A stretch of 64,000 bases of DNA, from assembly GCA_965652295.1 (NCBI GenBank), contig CBFGTS010000003.1, positions 224,001 through 288,000 of the forward strand. Direction: 5' to 3'. Origin of the DNA: an uncultured Haloferula sp. (GTDB lineage Bacteria; Verrucomicrobiota; Verrucomicrobiia; Verrucomicrobiales; Akkermansiaceae). The notes beneath the pieces were generated by a model, which searched no databases, had not been told where the DNA came from, and worked only from the letters and a program-made list of their open reading frames with translations. Shown piece after piece: positions 29,384-39,301 of this stretch. A program made the translations under genes and the position numbers. Each line of letters opens with the position of its first letter. Within the stretch, counting starts at the first letter, position 1.

Positions 29384-30457
29384 TCAATCGGTGATCCCCG
29401 CCCTCAGGTCGAGGTAGCGGCGCACGGCGGCAATCCGGTTCTCGACTCCGAGCCGCTGGAACACCGCCTCGAGGTGTTTCTCCACCGTTCGTGGGCTGAT
29501 GTTCAGGATGATCGCCACTTCGGCACTGGTCTTGCCCTCGGCGATCCATCCCATGATCTCCTTCTGTCGCCGGGTCAGGACCGCGTTCAGCGCATCCTCC
29601 CCTCTCATCGCACTGGCGTCGAAATGCAGAAGGATGATCTCCCCGTCCGGACGCGGCAGGGCCATGAAGCTCACCGGACCCTGATCGCCGAACGGAATCT
29701 CCACGCTCCGGAACTCCGCCGTAACCGGATCGATCCAAGCCAGTGCGAGCTGCGTTTGAAGTTCGGCCAGGACCGTCCGATCGATTTTCCCAAACGCCTG
29801 GTCGTCCCCCCACCATGCCTCGGCGCGGCGGATGCCCTCGAAGTTGATGGGCAGCGTATCGCCATTGGAATGGACGAGAAACACGGCCGCATGGGCCGAG
29901 GGAGGCGATCCGAGGTAGAGCTTGCGGAACTGCCGCTCGACATTTCCGGCAGCCAGACGCTCGGCCATGATTCTGGCGGTGAGAAGCATCATGTCGAACA
30001 AGCGGCGATCGCTGTCGGCAAAGGCACCTTCTTTGCGCGGGATCAGCCAAAGCGTTCTGGTCCGCCCGTTCGCACAGAGCCGTCCACCGAGGAAATCGCT
30101 GCACGCATCCGTCAGAGGGAGCAGGTTCTTGAGTTCCCGCCAGGCCTTGCCTCCCGCTTTGAGCCCCACCCCCAGCTGGTCGGGGTTTTCGGAATCCATC
30201 TCCCGCATCACCGCGGCCAACACCCCCTGGGAGGCTTCGGCCCGGCCGAGCGGGCGGGCGAGCTCCTCACCCTCGCGGCCGCGGCCGATGCTCAGGACAT
30301 TTCCAGCGGGCGACACCGACAGCACCCATCCTTCTTCCTCGACTCCGGCAAGCTCGGGAAACCGCTGGCAGAGAAGGCCGACCATGGATCGGAAATCGGA
30401 GCAGCGCTGGAGGTCCAGCGCTAGCTGGATGAAGCGATCGTCAGGTTGGGAGGGCAT
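29384..30457 (-). CDS. LuxR-type HTH regulator with GAF-like N-terminus
   Basis: LTRRQKEIMGWIAEGKTSAEVAIILNISPRTVEKHLEAVFQRLGVENR. Confidence 0.88.
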   Translation of the reverse strand: MPSQPDDRFIQLALDLQRCSDFRSMVGLLCQRFPELAGVEEEGWVLSVSPAGNVLSIGRGREGEELARPLGRAEASQGVLAAVMREMDSENPDQLGVGLKAGGKAWRELKNLLPLTDACSDFLGGRLCANGRTRTLWLIPRKEGAFADSDRRLFDMMLLTARIMAERLAAGNVERQFRKLYLGSPPSAHAAVFLVHSNGDTLPINFEGIRRAEAWWGDDQAFGKIDRTVLAELQTQLALAWIDPVTAEFRSVEIPFGDQGPVSFMALPRPDGEIILLHFDASAMRGEDALNAVLTRRQKEIMGWIAEGKTSAEVAIILNISPRTVEKHLEAVFQRLGVENRIAAVRRYLDLRAGITD

Positions 30458-30612
30458 GGGTGAGGGGAGGTGTCTATCGTAATCGCGCCGCGAAATCGTT
30501 ACGTAGCTCCACGTGATTTCGTCGTCGTTACTGTTTCGCCGTGAGGAAGTCCGGCAGATAGGGGCCGCCAACTACGATGCCAACCGTAATCGGCCGCCAT
30601 GGGGGCGGCGGC

Positions 30613-32283
30613 CTAACGCTTGCGCCGCAGGAACGCGGGCACGTCCAGATCCTCGCCATCGATGAGGCTGGGATCCGCACCCTCGAAACGTCCCTTCGGG
30701 CCGGAGTCGAACGTGAGTTCGCCCTGCCCCCCGGATTTCGCGGGACGGGACGGCTCCTCCTCGCTCAGGACCGGCGGGTCGCTCTTGGGTTCCGTGGCTG
30801 CCTCTGATTCGACCGCTTCGGGCTTTTCCCCCGGCGTTTCGTCTGGTGATGGCGGCGAAGGCTCGGCGAAGGGCACCTCCATTTCGGGCTCGGAATTCTT
30901 CGGCACAAACGGCCGCTTGCCCTTCGCTGAAATCCAGGACGGCACGGCAGGCACCTCGTCCTCGAAGTTGGGCAGATCTTCGATCTCGTCTTCAGGTTCC
31001 GGAGCGACGGCTGTGAGATCGGGTTCAAAAGGCGACAACGGTTTGGCTTCGCCAGCCGCGGTGGGAGGTGCCTCATCCGGCTCCGGGGCCGACGGCTTCT
31101 CCTCCTCGACGACCTGTTCCTTCTCCTCTTCCGCCGCCCAGGGTTCGGGTTCCGGATCCTTGATGTCTTCGGCCATCTGCTGCGGTTCGGCGGGCTCATC
31201 GAACGGGTTCTTCACGGCGGCCATGGGAGCCGTGGCGGCGGCAAAGCCCATGCTCGGCTCCAGGGCCGGGGAGCTGCGACGGTACTCCTCGTCGGGCATC
31301 GTGCGGCGGAGGCGCTCCTCCGGCAGCGAGCTGACCAAGGTGATGCTGAGCTGATCGGTCATGCTGGGGTCCACGGCGGCTCCGAAGAGAACCTGCGCCT
31401 TCTCCGGCACGTGCTTGCCGAGGCTTTCCATCAGCAGCTCGATCTCGAACAGCGTGAGGTCTTCGCCACCGCAGAGGTGGACGAGCACGGTCTGGGCGTC
31501 CTTGAGCAGCGCTCCCTGGTCGAGCAGCGGGCTGCCGAGCGCGTTGCGCAGCGCCTTTTGCGCACGGTCCTTGCCCCGGGCGATGCCGGAGCCGAAAAGG
31601 CAGCGCGAGCGGGTGGTGCGCAGCGCGCTCATCAGGTCGTCGAGCCCGACGTTGATCAGGCCGGGGCGGACGACCAGCCGGATGACGGCCTTGATGCTCT
31701 CCGAGATCATGCGGTCGGCCGCGGCGAAGGCCTCGTGAATCCCCTGCTTCGCCAGCACCAGCTCACCCATGCGGCTGTTGTCGAAGGTCACCAGCGCGTT
31801 CGAAAGGACGGCCAACTCATTGAGCGCGGTTTCCGCCTGCTCGCGGCGGCGTCGACCCTCGAATCCGAAGGGCATGGTGGCGAACATCACGACGAAGGCA
31901 CCTTCTTCGCGGGCGATGCGTGCGACGATCGGTGCCGCACCGGAGCCGGTGCCGCCACCGAGGCCGACGCAGACGAAAACGATCTTCCGTCCCTTGAATG
32001 CGGCGCGGACTTCGTCCTCCGCCTCCAGCACGGCCTGGTTGCCCAGCTCGGGATCTCCCCCGGTGCCCAGGCCCTTGGTCAGGTTCCGGCCGAGCTGCAC
32101 CCGCTCCTTGGCGACAGAGGCCGAGAGGGTACGGATGTCCGTGTTCAGCGCGAGCAATTCGGCCCCGTCCAGACCGTCGAGCGCCACGCGGTCGAGCATG
32201 TTGGTGCCGGCACCGCCCAATCCGACGATTTTCACCGACGACGTGGGAATGACGTTTTGGGGATCTCTGGGGAATTCAATCAT
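30613..32283 (-). CDS. ftsZ: Cell division protein FtsZ with long acidic linker
   Basis: VGLGGAG, NTD, GGGTGSG, PFGFEG, C-terminal DLDVPAFLR. Confidence 0.95.
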   Translation of the reverse strand: MIEFPRDPQNVIPTSSVKIVGLGGAGTNMLDRVALDGLDGAELLALNTDIRTLSASVAKERVQLGRNLTKGLGTGGDPELGNQAVLEAEDEVRAAFKGRKIVFVCVGLGGGTGSGAAPIVARIAREEGAFVVMFATMPFGFEGRRRREQAETALNELAVLSNALVTFDNSRMGELVLAKQGIHEAFAAADRMISESIKAVIRLVVRPGLINVGLDDLMSALRTTRSRCLFGSGIARGKDRAQKALRNALGSPLLDQGALLKDAQTVLVHLCGGEDLTLFEIELLMESLGKHVPEKAQVLFGAAVDPSMTDQLSITLVSSLPEERLRRTMPDEEYRRSSPALEPSMGFAAATAPMAAVKNPFDEPAEPQQMAEDIKDPEPEPWAAEEEKEQVVEEEKPSAPEPDEAPPTAAGEAKPLSPFEPDLTAVAPEPEDEIEDLPNFEDEVPAVPSWISAKGKRPFVPKNSEPEMEVPFAEPSPPSPDETPGEKPEAVESEAATEPKSDPPVLSEEEPSRPAKSGGQGELTFDSGPKGRFEGADPSLIDGEDLDVPAFLRRKR

Positions 32284-32299
32284 GGCAAGGGTGACAAGT

Positions 32300-33499
32300 T
32301 TATCGGGAAAACGGCCAGAGGCGGCCGAGGAAGCCGCGCTTGGGTGCCCGGTCGGTCTCCACGACCTGGGCGTAGCGGATGAGTCCCAGCGCCGTTGTGA
32401 ACTGGGGATCCTTGAAGCTCGCTTGCACGCCGCTCAGCTCGGGCGGCTCGGGGCGATAGATGTCCTTCTGGAAAACATCGTTGGCCAGCTCGCCGAAGCC
32501 GCGCATGAGGCTGGTGCCGCCGGCGAGGAAAACCCCCATCCCGACCCGTTCCATCGCGCCCTCGGGCAGACGTTTCACCAGCAGCCGCAGGGTTTCCTCC
32601 ATGCGGTGGCGGATGATGTCGTTGAGCAATTGCCGTTTCACCTCGGCTTCGGCGAAACCCTTCTCGTCGGTCACCTTCACCGTGCCCACGCCGCGCGCCG
32701 GGTCACCCGCGGCGTCGCCCTCGCGGACCTTGAGCTGCTCGGCTTTGGAAAAAGGAAGTCCGGTGACGAGGTGGATGTCGTTCGTGATGTGATCACCGCC
32801 CACCGGAATGCAGCCGGAGGCTTCGATCAATCCATCGGTGTAGAGAGCGTAATCGGTGGTGCCGCCGCCGATGTCGACCACCAGTGCTCCACGCTCGCGG
32901 GCCTCGCGGTTGAGCGCCACCTGGGCGGCGGCGATCGGGGAAAACACCAGCTCATCGACATCCAGCGGCATCTCCCGCACGCACTTGATCTGGTTCTCGA
33001 TCCGCGAGCGGATGCCGTGGACGACGTGGAAATCAGCCTCGACCGTGCGCCCCGTCAACCCCACCGGGCTGGTGGCGTGGTGGTAGCCATCGACCCCGAA
33101 CCTGCGGACGATGTGGTGCAGGTAGACGTGATCCGACGGGATGGTGACCGAGCGGGCGATCTCCTTCGCCTCGCGGACGTGCTCGGCCTCAATCGTGTCC
33201 TCCCTTTCCGGCAGGCGGAAGCTGCCCTGGTGGTTCACTCCCTGGATGTGCGAGCCGGTCACGGCGAGAAACACGCTGCCGATCTCCACGTCGCTCGCAT
33301 CCTCCGCCTTGACCAGCGCGTCCTTCACACAGGCACGGACCTGCGGAAAATCGTAGATCTCCCCCTTGCGGACACCGACTGATTTCGACTGGCCGACACC
33401 GAGGATCTTGACCGAGCCATCCGCCTTCACCTCGCCGACGACCATGCAGATCTTGCTGGTGCCGATCTCGAGTCCCACGTGGATTTTGCTGCGTGCCAT
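32300..33499 (-). CDS. ftsA: Cell division protein FtsA
   Basis: VGLEIGTSKI, VDIGGGTT, GGDHITNDI, LAGGTS. Confidence 0.95.
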   Translation of the reverse strand: MARSKIHVGLEIGTSKICMVVGEVKADGSVKILGVGQSKSVGVRKGEIYDFPQVRACVKDALVKAEDASDVEIGSVFLAVTGSHIQGVNHQGSFRLPEREDTIEAEHVREAKEIARSVTIPSDHVYLHHIVRRFGVDGYHHATSPVGLTGRTVEADFHVVHGIRSRIENQIKCVREMPLDVDELVFSPIAAAQVALNREARERGALVVDIGGGTTDYALYTDGLIEASGCIPVGGDHITNDIHLVTGLPFSKAEQLKVREGDAAGDPARGVGTVKVTDEKGFAEAEVKRQLLNDIIRHRMEETLRLLVKRLPEGAMERVGMGVFLAGGTSLMRGFGELANDVFQKDIYRPEPPELSGVQASFKDPQFTTALGLIRYAQVVETDRAPKRGFLGRLWPFSR

Positions 33500-33522
33500 G
33501 ATTTCCTGCTGCCGGTGTTTTC

Positions 33523-34500
33523 CTATCGTTCCAGGAGTTTCTGCAAATCCGAAACCGGAGCCTTCCCCGCGTTTTCCTCCGCCGGTTCGGACGCGGCCGG
33601 TTCGGCGGGTTCGGGCGCGGGCTCGCCTTGATACGTCACCGGCAGATTGCGTTGCCCGACGAGCTTGATCGTCGCGATCTTCCGGCCTTTCTCCGCGGCG
33701 TGCTCGCAGGCGGTGAGGAAGTCGCTCATCTGCCGCTCCAGCTCGCCATGGCCGAAGGTGGCCACGGTGCCCTCGCGCGTGACGAGCTGGGCACCCCAAT
33801 CCTTGTATTGGCGGATCGTGTCCACCCAGCGATCCGCCTCGGGGCTGGAATTCCTGGCCTGGGCGAGCAGACGCATGCCGCGGAGGAAACTCTCGTGGAC
33901 GACCTTCAAGCCACCCTCAAGGGGCAATTCTTCCGGCTCAAGCTCGATCACCGGAAGCTGCACGGCCGTTTCCCACATCGCCGCCGTGCAGGGAAAAAGC
34001 ATGCCGTGTTTGTCGACCAACAGACCGGTGGCGGGATCGCGCGGCTGCACGCCCTGCTGAGGAGAAGCCACCCACACCATCGGCTGCCGCGCCACCACGT
34101 GAATCGCCAGGCTACCCGGGAAATCCCGCGTCACCCGGGCCGACTGGACCTCGGGAAGCGACACGATCTTCTCCCGGATCCCTGCCGGATCGCAGTCGAA
34201 CAGGCTGCCGTTCAAATCGATGCCCGTCACCTTGAGGAGCCGTTCTTCGCTCAGCGCGGGATTGTCGTTCATCGTCAGCTCCCGGATCTGGAACTCCGCG
34301 TTTTCCAGCAGCCCCTTCTGAAACCCGAGCCACAACCCCCACCCCGCGGCCAAGGCAAGGGCGGCGAGCAGCACCCACCGCAACCCCGCTACCAAAAGAC
34401 GGCGGAAATCGAACCATAAGATCCTCGGCGACATCACGTTCGCACGCAGCACCAGCACCTGATGGCGTTTGCGGACTTTCGATGTGCGGCGTTTGAACAT
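33523..34500 (-). CDS. ftsQ: Cell division protein FtsQ/DivIB
   Basis: Single TM, POTRA-like LPEVQSARVTRDFPGSL; position between ddl and ftsA. Confidence 0.85.
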   Translation of the reverse strand: MFKRRTSKVRKRHQVLVLRANVMSPRILWFDFRRLLVAGLRWVLLAALALAAGWGLWLGFQKGLLENAEFQIRELTMNDNPALSEERLLKVTGIDLNGSLFDCDPAGIREKIVSLPEVQSARVTRDFPGSLAIHVVARQPMVWVASPQQGVQPRDPATGLLVDKHGMLFPCTAAMWETAVQLPVIELEPEELPLEGGLKVVHESFLRGMRLLAQARNSSPEADRWVDTIRQYKDWGAQLVTREGTVATFGHGELERQMSDFLTACEHAAEKGRKIATIKLVGQRNLPVTYQGEPAPEPAEPAASEPAEENAGKAPVSDLQKLLER

Positions 34501-34512
34501 GGGTTGGGAAAT

Positions 34513-35451
34513 CTAACGGCTGCCGAGTTCGATGCTCATCCGGCCGATTCTCACGCAGAGGTCGGCGAAGTCGATGCCGGCGGCGGCGGCGGACTTCGGC
34601 AGCAGGCTTGTCTCGGTCATGCCCGGGATGGTGTTGGCTTCGAGGACGAAAGGGTTTCCCGCGCCGTCCAGCAACACATCGACCCGCGAATAGATCTCGA
34701 TGCCCAGGGCGCGGTGCGCGGCCAGCGCGGCTTCCTGCACGCGCCGGGTGGTGGCGTCGTCCAGCTCCGCCGGGCAGAAATACCGGCTGCCTTGAGCCCC
34801 GCTGAGCCACGGATACTTGTTGGCCATGTCGTAAACGCCGCCGGGCGCGACGATCTCGACGATCGGCAGCGCGGTGTCTCCGAGAATCCCGACGGTCAAC
34901 TCCCGGCCGGAAACGAACTGTTCGATCAAGGCGGTCTCGCCGTATTGCGCGACGTCTTCGAGCGCGGCGCGGGCTTCGTCCTCGGTTTTCACGATGTAGA
35001 CGCCCACGCTCGATCCCTGGCATGGCGACTTCACCACGTAGGGCAAGGGCAGCGACGGACGCTCACCCGCTTTGAGATCGATCGTCTCGGAAGCCGGCGT
35101 CGGCACCCCCGCGGCCACGAAGCATTCCTTCGCCAGGTGTTTGTCGAAGGCGATGCGGCTGCTTTCCCGGCCGGCACCGGTGTACGACACGGACCGTAGT
35201 TCGAGTTCTTCCTGCAGCGTACCGTCCTCGCCGAAGGTTCCGTGGATCACGTTGAACGCGAGCGCGCAGCCGGGCGGCAGCTCGAATCCGGGACCCTTCA
35301 CATCGACCTCCACGACCTCGACGCCTCCCTCGCGCAGTGCGGCGGCCACGGCGCGACCGGAGGCCAGCGAGACGTCTCTTTCGGAGCCCGGGCCTCCCAT
35401 CAGCACGGCCACGATGCCGCCGAGGGTGGAATTGGATGTATGGTCGCTCAT
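34513..35451 (-). CDS. ddl: D-alanine--D-alanine ligase
   Basis: GGPGSERDVSLASG, HGTFGEDG, QGSSVG, LEANTIPGMT. Confidence 0.95.
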   Translation of the reverse strand: MSDHTSNSTLGGIVAVLMGGPGSERDVSLASGRAVAAALREGGVEVVEVDVKGPGFELPPGCALAFNVIHGTFGEDGTLQEELELRSVSYTGAGRESSRIAFDKHLAKECFVAAGVPTPASETIDLKAGERPSLPLPYVVKSPCQGSSVGVYIVKTEDEARAALEDVAQYGETALIEQFVSGRELTVGILGDTALPIVEIVAPGGVYDMANKYPWLSGAQGSRYFCPAELDDATTRRVQEAALAAHRALGIEIYSRVDVLLDGAGNPFVLEANTIPGMTETSLLPKSAAAAGIDFADLCVRIGRMSIELGSR

Positions 35452-35456
35452 TGCCT

Positions 35457-37757
35457 CTAGAATGTGAATTCGTCTTCGCCGATCACCTTGACCTCGGTCT
35501 CCAGCTCGATGCCGCGTTTGTCGAGAGCGGTCCGCCGGATCCGTTCGATCAAGGCCAGCACCTCGCCGGCGGTCGCGCCGCCGCGGTTCACGATGAAATT
35601 TCCATGCTCCAGGGCCACCTCGGCCTTCCCCTCCCCGCTGCCCTTGCACCCCAGCTGGTCGACCAGCATCCCGGCCGGAACCTGCTCCGGGTTCTTGAAA
35701 ATGCAGCCCGCGCTGGCGGCCACCGGCTGGGTCGCCCGGCGCTTCAAGCGCGATGCCTCCCAGCGGCTGTCGATGTTCTCCGCGCTGTCCTTTTCACCGG
35801 CAAAAACCGCCTGAAGCGCGAAGTGACGCCGCAACTCCGGCACATTGCGGTAGTGAACCTCGATCTCGCCGCGCTCGCGCGTGCGGATCTCGCCGTCCTC
35901 ATCCAGGCAGGTCATCCGCACCACCTGATCGAAGGTCTCCACGCCCATCGCACCGGCGTTCATGCGCAGCGCGCCGCCGACATTGCCGGGGATGCCTTCC
36001 ATCCATTCGAGGCCGCCGATGCCCGCCGCACGAGCAACGCTGGCGAGCTTCTTGAAGCGCACGCCGACTCCCGCCACGATGTGACCGTCGTCATCCACGT
36101 AGCATTCGTCGAACTCCCCGCCCTTCGGGTGAATCACCGCGCCGCGGATGCCGCCATCCCGCACCAGCAGGTTCGAGCCGCGGCCGACCACGCGGATCGG
36201 CATCCCGCGCTCGCGGCAGTAGTTTACGACGCACGCAAAGGCGTCGAAGGTCCGTGGCTCCAGCCAGAATTGCGCCGGTCCACCGACCAGCATGGTGGTG
36301 TGGCGGCGCATCGGTTCGTAAAGCCGCGCCTCCACCTCGCCGCCGTGCAGACCGACGGCCATTTCCTCAAGGATCTTGAAGTCGCGGGCGATCGAGCGAC
36401 CGGCCTCGTGGACATTTCCCGCACCCAGCGTGATGAGCAGATCGCCCGGTTCCAGGCGGTTCCCGACCCGGTGGTGGGCTGTCGATAGATCGGGCACGCT
36501 CTCCACCGCCCGGCCACCATGGCGCTTCACCGCCTCGACGATGGTTTCGCCGGACACCCCGGGGATCGGGGTTTCACTGGCCGGATAGACGTCGGTCACG
36601 AAAACCGCGTCCGCCTCGGCGAGCACTTTCCCGAAATCCTCCGCCAGCGCCTGCGTCCGCGTGTAGCGGTGCGGCTGGAAGAGCACCACGACCCGCTGCG
36701 GCTTGAGCTGGCGGGCGGTCTGGAGCGTCGCCGCGATCTCGGTGGGATGATGCCCGTAGTCATCGACGATCCTCAGAGCGCGCGAAAGATACTTCGTCTC
36801 GAAGCGCCGGCGTGCTCCGGCAAAGGTGTTCAGCGAGCGGGAGACCAGTTGGAAGTCCGCGCCCAGCCGGTCGCAGGTGGCGATCGCCGCCAGGGCGTTG
36901 AGCACGTTGTGACGGCCGGGAATCCCCAGCTCCACCTCGCCGAGCTTCGTGCCATCACGAACTACGGTGAACGCCGTGGTTCCACGCAGCTCGCGGATGT
37001 CGGTCGCCGTGTAGTCCGCATTTTCCCAACCGTAGCTGACCGCACGCTCGTGATCCGCGCAGACATCGGCGGCCCCCTCATCGGCGGCGCAGTAGACGAC
37101 TGGCCCGGAGGTCTGGGAAATCAGCGTGCGGAAGACCTCCTTGATCTCGTCGAGGTTGCGGTAGTGATCGAGGTGCTCGGCCTCGATGTTGAGGACGATC
37201 GAGCACGCCGGCCGATAAAGCGCGAGCGTGCCGTCGCTTTCGTCGCCTTCCGCGACCATCCACTCGCCGTCCTCGCTCCAGCGCGCGTTCTGGCCGAGCA
37301 CGGGGATTTCCGCGCCGACATAGTGGCTGGGGCTGAAGGCGGCCTCGCGCAAAGCGTGGGCGACCATTGAGGAAGTCGTCGTCTTGCCATGGGTGCCGCT
37401 GACGACGATGCCGCGGCGGGTGTGGAGGATGGCCCCGAGGCATTCGGCGCGGCGCATCATGCGGATGCCCTTGTCCCGCGCGGCGGCCAGCGCCGGGTTG
37501 TCCGGGCGGATCGCGGAGGAATACACCACCACGTCCGCACCCTCGACCTCTTCCGGAGTGTGCGGCGTCGAGAAGCGCAGACCGAGACCCTGCATGCGCT
37601 CGGTTTCCGCCGAGGTCACACGGTCCGATCCGCTCACGCGGTGGCCCATGCCGATGAGCAGCAGCGCCAGGCCGCTCATGCCCGAGCCGGCCACTCCCAC
37701 CAGGTGGATGCGGAGCGGCCGGGAAAGATCGGTGAGCCGTTGGGAAAACTCGTTCAT
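35457..37757 (-). CDS. murC: MurC-MurB fusion (UDP-MurNAc-L-Ala ligase / UDP-GlcNAc-enolpyruvate reductase)
   Basis: GVAGSGMS, GTHGKTTTS, DDYGHHPTE, FQPHRYTRT; then GRGSNLL, GIPGNVGG..MNAGA, SAGCIFKNP, HGNF. Confidence 0.95.
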   Translation of the reverse strand: MNEFSQRLTDLSRPLRIHLVGVAGSGMSGLALLLIGMGHRVSGSDRVTSAETERMQGLGLRFSTPHTPEEVEGADVVVYSSAIRPDNPALAAARDKGIRMMRRAECLGAILHTRRGIVVSGTHGKTTTSSMVAHALREAAFSPSHYVGAEIPVLGQNARWSEDGEWMVAEGDESDGTLALYRPACSIVLNIEAEHLDHYRNLDEIKEVFRTLISQTSGPVVYCAADEGAADVCADHERAVSYGWENADYTATDIRELRGTTAFTVVRDGTKLGEVELGIPGRHNVLNALAAIATCDRLGADFQLVSRSLNTFAGARRRFETKYLSRALRIVDDYGHHPTEIAATLQTARQLKPQRVVVLFQPHRYTRTQALAEDFGKVLAEADAVFVTDVYPASETPIPGVSGETIVEAVKRHGGRAVESVPDLSTAHHRVGNRLEPGDLLITLGAGNVHEAGRSIARDFKILEEMAVGLHGGEVEARLYEPMRRHTTMLVGGPAQFWLEPRTFDAFACVVNYCRERGMPIRVVGRGSNLLVRDGGIRGAVIHPKGGEFDECYVDDDGHIVAGVGVRFKKLASVARAAGIGGLEWMEGIPGNVGGALRMNAGAMGVETFDQVVRMTCLDEDGEIRTRERGEIEVHYRNVPELRRHFALQAVFAGEKDSAENIDSRWEASRLKRRATQPVAASAGCIFKNPEQVPAGMLVDQLGCKGSGEGKAEVALEHGNFIVNRGGATAGEVLALIERIRRTALDKRGIELETEVKVIGEDEFTF

Positions 37758-38863
37758 GCGGCCTTCCCTCCCTGTTCCACCACCTCGCGGATGGCGTCGC
37801 AAACCCGTGCCGCTGCATCCGGCACCGACAGTGATCTCGCGGCAGCCGACATGCGTGCCCGGCACTCCGGCTCGATCATTTCGGTCACGAGAGCCGCCAA
37901 AGTCCCGCCGTTTAAATCCGACTCCTGCCGTAGATAAGCCGCGCCGGCATCCTCGAAAACCCTGGCGTTCACCGTCTGGTGATCCTCCGCCGCATAGGGA
38001 AACGGCACCAGCAGCGAGGGCAATCCCAGGTCCGCCAGCTCCGTCAGGCTCGACGCTCCGGAGCGAGCCACCACGACATCCGCCACCGCATACGCCGAGG
38101 CCATGTCATCGCAAAATCCGAGCACCTGGTAGCCTTCGCGCCCTCCGGCTTCCGCCCGCACGCGGTCCTCATCGCCCGGCCCTGCGATGTGCAGCACCTG
38201 CAAACCGGCGGCGAGCGGAGCCGCGGCCACCAGTGAGTTGAGTTTCCGCGCCCCCTGGCTGCCGCCCATCACCAACAGCGTGTCGCGCGCGGGATCGAGC
38301 CCCCACTTCGCTGCGGCCTCCGCGCGGGAAGGCAGCTGGAGCAGCTCCTTGCGAACCGGCGTGCCGGTCACCACGCACGGCTTTCCGGGGAAATGCCGGC
38401 GAGCGGCTTCAAGCCCGAGGAACACCTCGTCGCACCAGCGGCTCGTGATCCGGTTGGCCTTTCCGGGCAGCGCGTTGGAATCGTGCACAAAGGCCGGAAT
38501 GCCGGACCTCTTCGCCGCCACCACCGGCGGCAGTGAGGTGAAGCCTCCCATTCCCAGCACCGCGTCGGCACGGAAATCCGCCAACAACCGGCGACAGTGC
38601 CCAATGGTTTTCCATACGCTCAGCAGGAAGGGGATCATCTTCGGCGAAAACGTCGCAGGCTTCGGCAAGGCCGGGATCGTTTCAAAACGATAGGCATCGT
38701 ACTTCCGCGAAGCCTCGCGGTCGATCTGCTTCTCGGAGACCAGCAGCAACGCCCGCCCGCCCGATGCCGCCCATGCCTCCGCCACGGCCAGCCCCGGGAA
38801 CAGATGTCCCCCGGTGCCTCCGCAGGCGATCACCAACCCCGGCTTCACGTCTTCTTTTCCCAT
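37754..38863 (-). CDS. murG: Lipid II GlcNAc transferase
   Basis: GGTGGHLFPG, HDSNALPGKAN, TGTPVR, GGSQGA, RSGASS..E, DHQTVNA. Confidence 0.95.
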   Translation of the reverse strand: MGKEDVKPGLVIACGGTGGHLFPGLAVAEAWAASGGRALLLVSEKQIDREASRKYDAYRFETIPALPKPATFSPKMIPFLLSVWKTIGHCRRLLADFRADAVLGMGGFTSLPPVVAAKRSGIPAFVHDSNALPGKANRITSRWCDEVFLGLEAARRHFPGKPCVVTGTPVRKELLQLPSRAEAAAKWGLDPARDTLLVMGGSQGARKLNSLVAAAPLAAGLQVLHIAGPGDEDRVRAEAGGREGYQVLGFCDDMASAYAVADVVVARSGASSLTELADLGLPSLLVPFPYAAEDHQTVNARVFEDAGAAYLRQESDLNGGTLAALVTEMIEPECRARMSAAARSLSVPDAAARVCDAIREVVEQGGKAA

Positions 38864-38994
38864 GATCCCATCTTCCAGCGGCGGTGCAGCCGCCGTTCGT
38901 GCGAACGAAATATGCAATATTTCCTGATTATCAGGCAATCCTCAAAACGGACCCGCGGCGAAATCCTCGGGCGTTTTCCCGTTTTCGCGGCGAC

Positions 38995-39282
38995 TCAAAC
39001 ACGCTTCGCCATTTTCTGGCGGAGGCGCGGAATGAACTCCTCCTCCATCCACGCGAAGGCCGCGTCGAGACCTCCTTCGCGGTAGATTTCGCCGATCCGG
39101 GCCTCGACCTGCGTCGGCTGGCCGAACTGGCTGAGGAAACCGTTGGAAGTGAGGGCAGTGAACCACTCGCCATCCATCTTATGGCGCTCATTGAGCACCC
39201 AGGTGCGGGCGAAGAGCGCCAGCACGGCGTCTCCGATCCATGCGCTTTCCCGCTCCGCCTTGATTTTGTCGTCCTTTTTCAT
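38995..39282 (-). CDS. Minimal RNase III-like (Mini-III-like) protein
   Basis: AWIGDAVLAL, TSN..L, VEARIG in 95 aa; no dsRBD. Confidence 0.65.
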   Translation of the reverse strand: MKKDDKIKAERESAWIGDAVLALFARTWVLNERHKMDGEWFTALTSNGFLSQFGQPTQVEARIGEIYREGGLDAAFAWMEEEFIPRLRQKMAKRV

Positions 39283-39301
39283 CGGCGCGCGGACGATGTA
39301 C

